DNA of 64,000 bases. Origin: Patescibacteria group bacterium. Its GTDB lineage: Bacteria > Patescibacteriota > Dojkabacteria > J137. The translations under genes were made by a program, and so were the position numbers. Positions 29,127 to 39,551 of this stretch are shown here, one piece after another (position 1 is the first letter of the stretch; the number at the start of each line of letters is the position of its first letter). The notes beneath the pieces were generated by a model. It saw nothing but the letters and a program-made list of their open reading frames with translations. It ran no database searches and was not told the DNA's origin. Location: positions 197,508 through 261,507 of the forward strand of contig CAUJCN010000002.1 of the NCBI GenBank assembly GCA_963169855.1, given 5' to 3'.

Positions 29127-31338
29127 AGACTTTGTCTTTTCTTCTTTTTCTTAAATAATTCCTAGCGCTTCCAAAAACGATTACCGAAGCAATTGGCAAT
29201 CCAAAAGCTGCAATGAACAATGTACTAATTTGAGCCTCATCTGGAGTAAATCTGACAACCTGTCTAATTTTTGATCGAAGCTCTGTTAGACTCTGTTCCT
29301 TACTCAACCATTCCAAAGAATTAATCAAGAATGTAAATACTAGTTGGTCTTGTGAATCTCTTTGAACGAGCGATGTAATAATATCGTCCGAGAATACGTC
29401 TGAATCTCCAACAACAATTGCTCTTGATTCACCTTTCTCTAAAGACGCTGCGATAGTTAAAGATTTATCATTCTCTCTTTCCGAGAACATTCTTTGAACC
29501 GAAACATCCAAAGTATCTTTATTTTCTGTGTTCGATTGAGTAGACGTTACATACAAAGGAGTTACAGTTACACCTTCCGCAGTGCCTATTGTTAAAGAAT
29601 TGCTCCATAAAATTGGAAGTGATGGTGCACCCTGAGTAATTTCGTTATTTGAATCTGGTCTAGTTGGAAGAATCCAGAATGGATAATCAATAGGTACTTG
29701 AAATAAACCATTATTAATACTTACTACATTATTTTGAAGTAAATCGTATGCTACTTCGTTATTCACTTCGATTCCGTATTCTGAGAAGAGTTTAGCTAAA
29801 GTGAATTCTGTTTCTGTTCCACCAACATCGCCTGTTTCACTAATTTCCAAAGTATCCTGAAGAAGCATTATTGATCCACCTCTTTCGAAGAATGCTTTAA
29901 TTTCATTTACCACGGAGTCATCCAATTGTTGGTTCACGCTTGGAATTAATAACACTTTTAAATCCTCAGGTAGCGTTAGTGATCCATCCTCAATTTTAAT
30001 TTGTTCGAAATCAAACAACTTTCCGATTTCAGATCTAACTATAGTATAAGTAGAATCCAATGTATGTTTAGTCCCAGTAGCCAAAACTCCGATCTTTAGT
30101 TTATTTAAACCTGCCAAAGCTTTGATTTTTGTTGTAATTTGAAACTCCAAATCATTTGATGCAGAGGTAATATTGATCACCTCTTTGGTCCCTTTGTAAT
30201 CAATTACAATACCAAAGTACCCAACTACACTCTGAGAAGAGTCTTCCGAATTAATTTGAAACAAGATTTCCTGTAATCCAGCATCAGAAGCTTCGTTTCT
30301 TGAATCCTCTGACGAGCTTGTGTTTATTCTTTCATAATCAATTTTACCTGGCAAGAATCTTGCATAGTCAGTTAGTAAATCGTTTATGCTTTTTTGAGTT
30401 GATTGTAATTCGCCTGGAAGATTTCCTGAGGTATAGAATTTTATGCTTACTTCTTCAGGCACTTGGCTAACAATATTTTTTGTTGCTTCTGATAATGAGT
30501 ATCGTTTATCTGAAGTTAAATCAATTCTAAAATACACATTTTGAAATAGAAAAATAATTCCAAACCCTAAAACGATTGTTAGTGCTAAATTTACATACAA
30601 TTTCTTGAACATTTCGCTCTTCTTCGAAAGAATCTCAGACTTAATTCCCCAATGAGCAAGTACAAAGAAAATCAGAATGAATCCAGCAAAGAAACTTAAA
30701 TCTTTTATGTCAAAAACTCCGTTAGACAAGCTCTGGTAATGAAATAGGATACTCAAATTCTGAAATGTATCTCTAGCAAATGTTGGAATAATATTTAACC
30801 AGTCTGTTCCTCCTAAAATTAAAAGTAGACTTAAAATCAAAGTAATAAGAAAAGAGGGAATTTCTGAATTAAAGAAGGTAGATACCCAGATTCCTAGTGA
30901 TAATAATGCGGAAGCAAACAAAACGATTCCCACATACTGAGCGAAAACTTGACCCAGGTCTAATGGAACAATTAAACCTACACTTAGTACAAATGGGATT
31001 GTTAAAAGTAACAAAACTGAAATCAATCCTAAGTAGGCTGTAAATTTTCCTAAGATAATATCTCTAACTTTTACTGGTATCGTAAGTAGATACTCATAAG
31101 TTCCTGTTCCTTTTTCTCGAGCAAAAGCACCCATTGTTAACGTCGGAACAATGAATGTCATTGTAATTGCCATCGCATTAAACAACTGAGTTGTATCCGC
31201 AGTTCCAAATTTTAGATACTGAAAAGCAAAGAATAGTATTAGGAATGTTACAAGGAAAAAAACTCCTGCAACAACGTAGAATGTTGGTGTATTAAGAAAA
31301 CTTTTGATTTCTTTTTTTGCGATACTTAAAAATTTCAT
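29116..31338 (-). CDS. ABC-2 type permease fused to GldG-like auxiliary domain
   Basis: N-terminal six-helix ABC-2 permease region, large extracytoplasmic domain, C-terminal TM; start overlaps the ABC ATPase gene. Confidence 0.6.
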   Translation of the reverse strand: MKFLSIAKKEIKSFLNTPTFYVVAGVFFLVTFLILFFAFQYLKFGTADTTQLFNAMAITMTFIVPTLTMGAFAREKGTGTYEYLLTIPVKVRDIILGKFTAYLGLISVLLLLTIPFVLSVGLIVPLDLGQVFAQYVGIVLFASALLSLGIWVSTFFNSEIPSFLITLILSLLLILGGTDWLNIIPTFARDTFQNLSILFHYQSLSNGVFDIKDLSFFAGFILIFFVLAHWGIKSEILSKKSEMFKKLYVNLALTIVLGFGIIFLFQNVYFRIDLTSDKRYSLSEATKNIVSQVPEEVSIKFYTSGNLPGELQSTQKSINDLLTDYARFLPGKIDYERINTSSSEDSRNEASDAGLQEILFQINSEDSSQSVVGYFGIVIDYKGTKEVINITSASNDLEFQITTKIKALAGLNKLKIGVLATGTKHTLDSTYTIVRSEIGKLFDFEQIKIEDGSLTLPEDLKVLLIPSVNQQLDDSVVNEIKAFFERGGSIMLLQDTLEISETGDVGGTETEFTLAKLFSEYGIEVNNEVAYDLLQNNVVSINNGLFQVPIDYPFWILPTRPDSNNEITQGAPSLPILWSNSLTIGTAEGVTVTPLYVTSTQSNTENKDTLDVSVQRMFSERENDKSLTIAASLEKGESRAIVVGDSDVFSDDIITSLVQRDSQDQLVFTFLINSLEWLSKEQSLTELRSKIRQVVRFTPDEAQISTLFIAAFGLPIASVIVFGSARNYLRKRRKDKVYEG

Positions 31339-32237
31339 TCTTTTAGTTTAATGAATAATTCTTCTAGATTTGTATTTCCTGGCTGCATGCTTACAACATT
31401 CAAACTATTTTCTCTTAAGACTTTGTTAATTTTGACAATTTCGTCATTACCAGATTTAACTTTCAATGAAAGCTTTGTACCTTCTTTAGATTCTTCGATC
31501 GATGGTTCAAATTCTGCAAATAGTTCTTTTTTCACTTTATCTTCAAGTATATGAATATTGTAACGAGATGAGTTTTCTCTTAAAGATTGTAGACTTCCAT
31601 CCGCAATAATTTTCCCTTTATTAATAAGGATAATTCTAGAACAAAGTGCATCTACTTCCTGAAGAACGTGCGTACTTACTAAGACTAAGCTATCTTCTGC
31701 TAATGACTTAATTAAATTTCGAATTTCATTTCTTTGTAAAGGGTCAAGACCTTCCGTAGGTTCATCGAGAATTATAATTTTAGGTTTTCCAATAATCGCA
31801 ATCGCTATTCCTAATCTTTGTTTATAGCCTTTTGATAATTCAGAAACTCTTTTGAAAAAAACTTCACTTATCCCTGTAGCTTTAACTACCCTATCTATTT
31901 CCGATTTTCGCGTTTCAACTTCGGAGATTCCTTTAAAATCCAACGCAGAATTAATACTATCTTGAACACTCAATTCTTTGTAAAGTGGATTACTTTCAGG
32001 CATGAACCCAACATTGTTTTTATAATCTTCAAAATTCTCGTAAATGGATTTGCCTTCAAACTCTACTTTTCCTGAATCAGAAAAGAAATATCCTGCAAGA
32101 ACTCTCATTGTTGTAGTTTTACCCGCCCCGTTTGGACCTAAAAGACCAACTACTTCACCTTTGCTAAGTTCGAAGGATAAGTCACTTAAAACTTCCCTAT
32201 CTCCTAAAATTTTTGAAACTTTTTCTAGTTTAAGCAT
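31335..32237 (-). CDS. ABC transporter ATP-binding protein (GldA-like)
   Basis: Walker A GPNGAGKTT, signature LSKGYKQRL, Walker B ILDEPTEGLDP. Confidence 0.85.
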   Translation of the reverse strand: MLKLEKVSKILGDREVLSDLSFELSKGEVVGLLGPNGAGKTTTMRVLAGYFFSDSGKVEFEGKSIYENFEDYKNNVGFMPESNPLYKELSVQDSINSALDFKGISEVETRKSEIDRVVKATGISEVFFKRVSELSKGYKQRLGIAIAIIGKPKIIILDEPTEGLDPLQRNEIRNLIKSLAEDSLVLVSTHVLQEVDALCSRIILINKGKIIADGSLQSLRENSSRYNIHILEDKVKKELFAEFEPSIEESKEGTKLSLKVKSGNDEIVKINKVLRENSLNVVSMQPGNTNLEELFIKLKE

Positions 32238-32239
32238 TT

Positions 32240-33271
32240 TTAAAATAATGATGGTTCATCTAAAGGTGTCATTTCTGGTTCAGAAACTTTTGTCTCTGGA
32301 GTATCTTTATCCTGCTTTTTAATTCTTTCTTTTTTCCATAATCTTACTCCTCCAAGCCACTTATTGTAATCAGAGAATTCTTCTCCTTCTGTAATTCTTG
32401 TTGTAGCTGTATCTGCAGTTCTTGTTTTTGCAGATAGATTATCTATATTTGTTAACGCCAAGGCTTCTGTAGTTGCTGGCAATACTGGGCTTCCAAATTC
32501 GTGAGAACCATGATGAGATAAGATCAAATGACAAATATGTTCAAAAGTATCGTGATCGATTTTGCCTTCTGCATATTTTGTGAACATAAGCATTCCCAAG
32601 TTAATATGTCCCATTAGAGTTCCTGTTGTTGAATATTTAACACCAATTCCAGAATAGTCAAATTCCTGAACTTTACCAATGTCATGCAATACAATTCCTG
32701 CTGTCAAAACGTCGTAATTGATTGTTGGGTAGAATCTTTTGAGTGATCTAGAAATTTCCAACATTTCTAAAATGTGTTGTAAAAGTCCTGATCTAAATTC
32801 ATGGTGAACAGTTTTGCTCGCTGGAAGATATTTTAGAATTTCGCTTGTTGTTTTATTGTTTACTATTTCTAGAACAACTTTTTTAAGCTTAGCATCTTTG
32901 ATTGTATTAATTTCTTTTATAAGCTCTTCCCACATTTCTTCTGCTGGAATTACGCTGCTTTCTAAGAAATTATCAAAATTTGTTTCGTCCGAAGTTCGTG
33001 CATCTGTAACGTTCATTTGGAAAACTCCTTTAAATTCTTCAATTTTTGCGCTTAGTGTTAATAAATTTCCTGGAGTAAAAATTGCTTTGTCTAGAAAATT
33101 TAATTTATCTGCCCAGACTTTTCCTTCGATTCGTCCAGTATTATCCATCAATGTTACTTTGCAGTATTCATTTCCATTTTTATCTAATGCTCTATCTGAT
33201 TCTAAAACCAAAAAGTCTTCGTCAAAAAGAGAATCCCCTTTCTTAAGATCTTTTACAAAAATATTTTTCAT
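32240..33271 (-). CDS. OB-fold + HD domain phosphohydrolase (YhaM-like 3'-5' exoribonuclease family)
   Basis: N-terminal OB-fold region, HD motif VLHDIGK and downstream HLILSHHG. Confidence 0.6.
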   Translation of the reverse strand: MKNIFVKDLKKGDSLFDEDFLVLESDRALDKNGNEYCKVTLMDNTGRIEGKVWADKLNFLDKAIFTPGNLLTLSAKIEEFKGVFQMNVTDARTSDETNFDNFLESSVIPAEEMWEELIKEINTIKDAKLKKVVLEIVNNKTTSEILKYLPASKTVHHEFRSGLLQHILEMLEISRSLKRFYPTINYDVLTAGIVLHDIGKVQEFDYSGIGVKYSTTGTLMGHINLGMLMFTKYAEGKIDHDTFEHICHLILSHHGSHEFGSPVLPATTEALALTNIDNLSAKTRTADTATTRITEGEEFSDYNKWLGGVRLWKKERIKKQDKDTPETKVSEPEMTPLDEPSLF

Positions 33272-33277
33272 TTGGAA

Positions 33278-33550
33278 TTATTTTATGTATATAAAATAGT
33301 ATAACCAGTATAGCACTACTGTTACTATTTCGAACACGATCGAGAAGATCTGAATGATTACTCGGCCACCTCGCAATATTAATGCGTTACCGAAGATTTT
33401 AAAGAGTTGCCACAAGATTGAAAAAATATTTACGATTGTTAATACAATCGCTACTGCAAGAAATGCTCCTTGTAATCCAATTGCTGTTTGAGAAAGCAAA
33501 TAAATTGCTGCAATAGGAATTCCAATATTTCTTAAAAGTAAACCAAACAT
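33278..33550 (-). CDS. small membrane protein
   Basis: 90 aa, two to three hydrophobic helices. Confidence 0.35.
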   Translation of the reverse strand: MFGLLLRNIGIPIAAIYLLSQTAIGLQGAFLAVAIVLTIVNIFSILWQLFKIFGNALILRGGRVIIQIFSIVFEIVTVVLYWLYYFIYIK

Positions 33551-33671
33551 ATATTAAAGTATAAGAATTAGGTTAAGGTAGAAGGCTTTTTAGAATTTCT
33601 TAGTCTTCCTCTCATCCTTTACCTCTTTTTAGTATACATTGGTGTACGCTAAGTTGAAAGTGAGAAGCTGA

Positions 33672-34412
33672 TTACTCTTGGAGCAAATTTGAAAGAGTCT
33701 TGTCTCTAGAATTTAGAAAATGTTTTGTAAGCTGATAATGTTCTGTATCTTCGTAAGCTACTTGTTGAATCGACTTTTCATCAATATGATAAATGTCCGC
33801 AGAGGGATAACCTAACAATATTGGCGAATGTGTCGCAATAATAAATTGGGAATTCTTCTTTATTAATTCGTCGATCAGAACTAACAATTTGAGCTGATTC
33901 TTCGGTGATAAAGCTGATTCTGGCTCATCTAGTATATATAGACCATTTCCCTTAAATCGATTCTCAATTAATGATAGGAAAGATTCTCCCCGTGATTGAT
34001 TATGCAATGACTTACCACCGTAAATAGAACTATCTGAATAACCTAAATTATCAACTTCTGTAGATACATTGTAAAAAGTCTCTGCTCGAAAGAAGAACCC
34101 ATCTTTAGGCAATGTTAACCCTTTCTTTAATTTAAGATATTCGTGCAGATCGGAATGAGTTTCCTTTGTACTAAATTGAAAGTTCCTTGAACCTCCTTCA
34201 GCATTAAATCCTAATGATATTGCTATCGCTTCTAAGAGTGTTGATTTACCTGAACCGTTTTCTCCTACAAAGAAAGTAACCTTAGGATTAAAAATAATAT
34301 TTGATAAATTCTTGACTACTGGTAGATTAAATGGATAATCTTTATGAGCAATGTCTTTTTGAATTGAAACCTCAAGAAGGAAATGTGTAGAGTCAATTGT
34401 TTTCATTATCAT
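33672..34412 (-). CDS. ABC-type/AAA_21-like stand-alone ATPase (COG3910-like)
   Basis: Walker A FFVGENGSGKSTLLEAIA, Q/signature-like GESFL, Walker B LYILDEPESALSP, H-loop ATHSPILL. Confidence 0.6.
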   Translation of the reverse strand: MIMKTIDSTHFLLEVSIQKDIAHKDYPFNLPVVKNLSNIIFNPKVTFFVGENGSGKSTLLEAIAISLGFNAEGGSRNFQFSTKETHSDLHEYLKLKKGLTLPKDGFFFRAETFYNVSTEVDNLGYSDSSIYGGKSLHNQSRGESFLSLIENRFKGNGLYILDEPESALSPKNQLKLLVLIDELIKKNSQFIIATHSPILLGYPSADIYHIDEKSIQQVAYEDTEHYQLTKHFLNSRDKTLSNLLQE

Positions 34413-34992
34413 CTATTTTATCACAGAGAAAATCTGCAAAGGACTTTAATTCTTTCTGAGATTCCATTAACCAACTTCTATACCTAGCCTTTGAGAGTAA
34501 TTCCGTAAAGATCTCATCTTCAATAACAAGCCTATAACCTCCAAACCCATCTCCAATAGGGTTAATTGTGAGCCTGACATGATTATTTTTATGAATCTTG
34601 TAAAATTCATAAATAAACCTACTTAGTCTGTATGCTTCATCTTTATTGAATTGTTTAAACTTTTCAACAAAAGTTTCGTATTTAGATTGATAATTTCGAT
34701 TGTTAGGATATTTCTGTATTGAGTTTAAAGCATTAAGAAAAGCTGAGCTACTCTCCAGTTTTTCCGATTCTTTTGAGGATATTTGAACGTATGGTGTCTG
34801 ACCAGTCAAATGCCCACTGCATGAACTAGTTGTTTCAAATCCTAAGGATCTTAAGATAGCAACTATATAACGTATACCTTTATCTATTGGAAGGTTTAGA
34901 CCATCAATAATGTTCAAAACCTCGTCATAGTTTCTTTGTAGTTTTTTTGATGTGAATTTCATATTATTTGTAGGATCGGTAGTGGCGTTCAA
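34393..34992 (-). CDS. hypothetical protein (partner of ATPase)
   Basis: 199-aa ORF overlapping the ATPase start by 20 nt; no recognised motif. Confidence 0.4.
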   Translation of the reverse strand: MNATTDPTNNMKFTSKKLQRNYDEVLNIIDGLNLPIDKGIRYIVAILRSLGFETTSSCSGHLTGQTPYVQISSKESEKLESSSAFLNALNSIQKYPNNRNYQSKYETFVEKFKQFNKDEAYRLSRFIYEFYKIHKNNHVRLTINPIGDGFGGYRLVIEDEIFTELLSKARYRSWLMESQKELKSFADFLCDKIDDNENN

Positions 34993-34995
34993 GTA

Positions 34996-35229
34996 TTACT
35001 TGACCGGGGGATTCACCCCGCTGCCGCGACAAACGCGGCAGACGCCTTTGCCCGGAACTGCACAGGAAGGACACTGATGTTCTTGTCCACCGGGAGCCTT
35101 TTTACGGATCCTCCCAGTTCCTGAGCAAACGTTGCACTTGCCATTGCCATTACATCCGGTACACTTAGCCACGCTAAATCCTTTCATGTAAATGCCAGAT
35201 GGCATATCATCTCTATATACTAAGTACAA
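34996..35229 (-). CDS. small DnaJ-CR-type zinc-finger protein
   Basis: 77 aa with three CxxCxGxG repeats (CTGCNGNG, CNVCSGTG, CRVCRGSG) plus CPSC; GC-rich due to Cys/Gly/Arg/Pro codons. Confidence 0.5.
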   Translation of the reverse strand: MYLVYRDDMPSGIYMKGFSVAKCTGCNGNGKCNVCSGTGRIRKKAPGGQEHQCPSCAVPGKGVCRVCRGSGVNPPVK

Positions 35230-35296
35230 GTTGATGACAATACGCTCATAACGTTCTTAAAATATAGACTATTCCTTATCATGTTAAAATAGTTCA

Positions 35297-36310
35297 ATGC
35301 AGATTCAATCTAACTGGAAATTAAGAGCAATTCTCATAGGTTTCATCGCTCTATTCCTTGCGTACAGATTATTCGATATAGAAAGTTTCTTAACTTACGA
35401 TCTGAATGGAATTCAAATTGGCTATAGGATCAATGATTTAGTAACAACTTTCAGAAGTATTTTGATTCAGTCTTTTCCATTTTTGGTTATCGGATCTTTA
35501 GTTTCAGCTGTAGTTGCAGTGTTTATAAAAGAAGAATGGCTTTTGAAGATTATTCCTAAAAATAGATTTTTATCTCACCTCGTTGTTTCTCTTCTGGGAT
35601 TTCTGATGCCTGTTTGTGAATGCGGAAATGTCCCTGTAGCAAGGCGATTCATGCTTCAAGGTTTTAAAGTTTCTCACGCTGTTACGTTCTTAATGTCGGC
35701 TCCTATTTTGAACCCGATAACTTTGTGGAGTACCTATGAAGCTTTCCGAGGTGTTTATCAAAATGATTTAATGGTCTGGTCAAGAATTATTGCAGGATTA
35801 GTTATCGCTAATGGACTCGGATTGATTATTAGCTACAAAAGAAATCAGTTCTCCCTTTTAACAGAGAAGTTCTACAAGGAAGTTTGCGAACATCCTCAAG
35901 AACCTAAAAAAGAAAAAATTGATAATTTTACACAGACTTTTGCAAAAGAATTTACGACAGTTGCGACTGCATTGATTATTGGTGCATTCTTAGCAACATT
36001 GTTCCAACTTCTACCAAGAGAATTTATTCTTGCAGTTGGACAAAGCCCGTTGATAGCAATTCTAGCAATGATTTTATACTCTTTCATAATCTCTGTTTGC
36101 TCTAATGTAGATTCATTCTTAGTAATCCGATATACATCAACATTTAGTCCTGGCGCAATCGCATCTTACTTAACGTTTGGTCCACTGATTGATATAAAAA
36201 TGCTTACAATGCTGAGATCTTCGTTCAAAGTCAAAACATTGTTATTCTTTACAGTTTTCATTTTATTAACATCGATAATTACTGGTTTGTTAGTTAATTT
36301 ACTAATATGA
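35297..36310 (+). CDS. predicted permease (COG0701/DUF318 family)
   Basis: Polytopic protein with CECGNVPVARR motif typical of COG0701 permeases. Confidence 0.6.
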   Translation: MQIQSNWKLRAILIGFIALFLAYRLFDIESFLTYDLNGIQIGYRINDLVTTFRSILIQSFPFLVIGSLVSAVVAVFIKEEWLLKIIPKNRFLSHLVVSLLGFLMPVCECGNVPVARRFMLQGFKVSHAVTFLMSAPILNPITLWSTYEAFRGVYQNDLMVWSRIIAGLVIANGLGLIISYKRNQFSLLTEKFYKEVCEHPQEPKKEKIDNFTQTFAKEFTTVATALIIGAFLATLFQLLPREFILAVGQSPLIAILAMILYSFIISVCSNVDSFLVIRYTSTFSPGAIASYLTFGPLIDIKMLTMLRSSFKVKTLLFFTVFILLTSIITGLLVNLLI

Positions 36311-37110
36311 TTTTCGGATATTTGTTTTCAATAATTTTTGGCGGATGGATTTTATTTGCACACTTTGTTCAGAATAATTTATCTATCTATACTTCCGACA
36401 GGTATTATTCTTTAATATTGATTGCAGGATTTGTTTCAATAGTTATAGGAATTGTTGGATTGGTTTTGAATCGAAGCAAATTGAATGAATACAACTCTCC
36501 AGATACATTTACACTTTTAGCAACTCTGATAGCAGGAATTCTTTTCTCACCTATTCTTTTGATATTTTCGATCTTCATTTTGGTTGTTCCTCAATTTAAG
36601 TTTAAATTAACTGCTAACTTTATATTTTTAGCAGTTATTGCAACAAGCGTTATTTTCCCAACTAAAGGGATTTCTCCTGCACTTGCCGAAGAACGTGCCG
36701 AGGAATTAAATACTGTGAATATTCAAGGAGGAAGTAGAATTTTGAACAATTTTGCGGTTTCGACAGATAAATACGGAATTGGTGATTGGCTTGCTTCTAT
36801 GGCCTACAACGGAGATCCTCAATTCTATAACGGCAAAAGTGTTAGCGTTGATGGATTTATTTTTAGAACAGCTAATCTAGCTGAAAATGAATTTTTTGTT
36901 GCCAGATACACAATCCGTTGTTGTGTCGCAGATGCAGCTCCGGTTGGGTTAAAAGTAAAGTTTGATCTTGACGATAATTTCAAAATAGGTGATTGGGTTA
37001 ACATAAAAGGTATTTTTGAAGTAGATAGCTCTAAAGGTTATGAAGAAAACATAATTATTCCAACGGAAGTTAACTCTATTCCTGTTCCAGAAAAACAATA
37101 TATTTTCTAA
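36307..37110 (+). CDS. TIGR03943-like membrane protein, partner of COG0701 permease
   Basis: N-terminal TM helices plus C-terminal soluble domain; start overlaps the permease stop, the usual pairing for this family. Confidence 0.45.
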   Translation: MIFGYLFSIIFGGWILFAHFVQNNLSIYTSDRYYSLILIAGFVSIVIGIVGLVLNRSKLNEYNSPDTFTLLATLIAGILFSPILLIFSIFILVVPQFKFKLTANFIFLAVIATSVIFPTKGISPALAEERAEELNTVNIQGGSRILNNFAVSTDKYGIGDWLASMAYNGDPQFYNGKSVSVDGFIFRTANLAENEFFVARYTIRCCVADAAPVGLKVKFDLDDNFKIGDWVNIKGIFEVDSSKGYEENIIIPTEVNSIPVPEKQYIF

Positions 37111-38480
37111 TGAAAAAAACTATAGAAACAATAACAATCGGAATCCTTTTAATAGCAGTATTAGTTCTGAGTATCATTTCACTGAATACTGATTTCAGAG
37201 TTTCTGGTTACAATGTATATACGAATAGAAATGTGGTCAGCTTGTTCTTTAACGAACCAGTTTCTAAAGATTTGAATTTGAATGACTATATTTCTGTTTC
37301 GCCAGAAAGTTCTTTTAAAGTTACTAACTTGGGAAATCGAGCAGAAATTATCTTTGATCATATTTTATTAGGAACAAAATACGAGATATCAGTTTCTAAC
37401 TCCTTATTAAATATTTTTGGGAAAGCTATAAAGGAAAATTCATCAGTTAGTTTTAACTCTAAACACCCAACTCTTGCTTTCTACAACAAGGATGGAAATA
37501 CTTCTTTCATAAAAAGTTACGATTTACAAAGACAACACGAAGAAATTCTTTATTCTACAGAAAATGTGATCAAAGGATTCTCTATAAAAAATAATTTTCT
37601 TTTAGTTAACGAACAACCTAGTTTAACTGATACAAAGCTAGTGCTTATAAATGTGAGTTCCAAGCAAACTATTAAAACAATTGAGTTAGAAGGAAAAACT
37701 TCATTCAAAGCAGATCTTGCTGCTGATGGAAGTTTCTTTGTTTACATGAGTCAAAATGTTCGTGCCGAATCGGATTTTGTTATACCACTTGGTCCTAATG
37801 AATTAACTTTGGTAAATATTAATAACAATTCAGTTGCCGATATAAATTTCAGAAAAATTACAGAAGACGTTTTGGATGTATTTGTAACACCTGATAGTAG
37901 CGCTCTTTTGATCAGAGGATACGATTCAACATTCTATATAAAATCTGCGCACGAAGACGATGAACCTGTAACGCTTTCTAAATTCATTGGAACTGGCGGT
38001 TTCGACAACAAGGGTCAGCGAGTAATATTCTCTTCTTTTGATCCAACACAAGTTTTTACTTCTTATCCTTTCATTACAATTTATAATTCTGATAGAACTA
38101 CCGAAGATATTAGATTCACAGAAGCATTCATAACCGATCCGACTTTCTATGAAGAGAACTCTGTAATGTACGCAAAGAAACTGAAGGATTTGAACGGAAC
38201 TCCAGGAATTTTTGGAATTTTTAAATACGTTGAGGGGCAAGAAACATCTGTACTAGAATCTCCAGATCTTTATGAAAGTTTTGAATTGCCAAAACTGAGT
38301 TCAGACAGCCAATACATCTGTTACGAAAGATATTCACAGATGGCACTTTTAGATTTTAATAATCAAAGAAACTTTATTAATCAGCGAAAACCTAAGGATG
38401 CAGACATTTCTGTTCGTAAGTTTGGAGCAACTTCTGATCAGATTACTTTCGAAAATGCATACGATTGTCAGTGGTACTAG
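37110..38480 (+). CDS. membrane-anchored extracytoplasmic protein (beta-propeller-like)
   Basis: 456 aa with N-terminal TM; repetitive beta-rich composition; no specific motif. Confidence 0.4.
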   Translation: MKKTIETITIGILLIAVLVLSIISLNTDFRVSGYNVYTNRNVVSLFFNEPVSKDLNLNDYISVSPESSFKVTNLGNRAEIIFDHILLGTKYEISVSNSLLNIFGKAIKENSSVSFNSKHPTLAFYNKDGNTSFIKSYDLQRQHEEILYSTENVIKGFSIKNNFLLVNEQPSLTDTKLVLINVSSKQTIKTIELEGKTSFKADLAADGSFFVYMSQNVRAESDFVIPLGPNELTLVNINNNSVADINFRKITEDVLDVFVTPDSSALLIRGYDSTFYIKSAHEDDEPVTLSKFIGTGGFDNKGQRVIFSSFDPTQVFTSYPFITIYNSDRTTEDIRFTEAFITDPTFYEENSVMYAKKLKDLNGTPGIFGIFKYVEGQETSVLESPDLYESFELPKLSSDSQYICYERYSQMALLDFNNQRNFINQRKPKDADISVRKFGATSDQITFENAYDCQWY

Positions 38481-38610
38481 GGGCTGTGAGCTATGGGCTG
38501 TGAGTTTTGAGATTCGAAACTTGAATCTTGAATCTTTTAGTCTTTTCGCCTTTTAATCTTTAACCTTTTTCTCTTTTACCTTAGACCTTTTTGCCTTTTT
38601 AATTTATACT
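38481..38610. repeat. intergenic repeat element copy A (GGGCTGTGAG decamers + CTTGAAT heptads + TTTCGCCTTTT motif)
   Basis: Seen directly; related copies at 42172..42300 and 48634..48775. Confidence 0.55.
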
Positions 38611-38632
38611 GAACAAAGTAATACACAATAAT

Positions 38633-39544
38633 ATGAAATTAGCTTTAAAGACATTCAACACATTAGCAATACTTCTTCTTTTAACAACACTAATCGGAGT
38701 TTTATCAAGAGTGAATGCTCAGACAGGTGGAATCTCTATGACTCCTGTAGAAACAGAAATTAGAGCAACTCAAGGTGACCCAGCAAGTGGATCTTTTGTG
38801 ATAACAAATAACCACGATAAGACCTTGGGTTTCTTAGTTAATTATGGAGAAGTACAAGATGATAAAGTTACCGAAGTTGCTGATTCTGCAAGTTTCTTAG
38901 CAGCAGATGTTCGAAGTTTCGTTTTACAACCTGGACAAAGTCAAACAATCAATTTCTCATTCACTGTGCCTTCAACTCAAGTAGACGGATTCTACGTACC
39001 AGTTGTAATTGTTCGAGGATCTGAGGAGTCCGAAGGGGCAGCTGTGGTTGCCGCGATTGGTCATAGAATAAATTTATTTGTATCTGGAAATGGTCAATAC
39101 AAATCAGCAATCCAACTTAATAGCTTTGACTATACCGATTCGAATTCTTTTGACAGCAATATCTCTGTAGATGTTAACTATACAAATGCTGGAACTTATC
39201 CTAGTAAGATTTTAGGTAGATTCCAAATTGTAGATCAGAATGGAAATGTTCTTTATCAAAGAGTTATTAACGAAGGATTAAAATACCTTTCGGCTGGAAA
39301 TTCCCTAGACGAAACATTCAGTTTTGATTTTAATATCCTAGACACCATTACTTCTGCACAAAAAACTGCTGAATTGCAACTGACAGATACGTATACAGGT
39401 CAGACGCAAGTTTTCAGATTAGATATTACAACCCAAAATAAAACTTTGTACGTTCTGATTGGAGGAGGTGTAGGGATTATTCTGCTTACGTTAGTGGGGG
39501 GATCCGCATCTAGAAGAAGAAAGAAAAATTTATCTAATAAATAA
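38633..39544 (+). CDS. secreted cell-surface protein with C-terminal membrane anchor
   Basis: Signal peptide (LLLLTTLIGVLSRVNAQ), C-terminal TM followed by RRRKKN. Confidence 0.4.
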   Translation: MKLALKTFNTLAILLLLTTLIGVLSRVNAQTGGISMTPVETEIRATQGDPASGSFVITNNHDKTLGFLVNYGEVQDDKVTEVADSASFLAADVRSFVLQPGQSQTINFSFTVPSTQVDGFYVPVVIVRGSEESEGAAVVAAIGHRINLFVSGNGQYKSAIQLNSFDYTDSNSFDSNISVDVNYTNAGTYPSKILGRFQIVDQNGNVLYQRVINEGLKYLSAGNSLDETFSFDFNILDTITSAQKTAELQLTDTYTGQTQVFRLDITTQNKTLYVLIGGGVGIILLTLVGGSASRRRKKNLSNK

Positions 39545-39551
39545 ACTCCGT

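Noticed and set aside
34996-35130. GC-rich patch as evidence of horizontal transfer
   Set aside because: The GC rise coincides exactly with a run of Cys/Gly/Arg/Pro codons in the zinc-finger miniprotein, so amino-acid composition is sufficient explanation.
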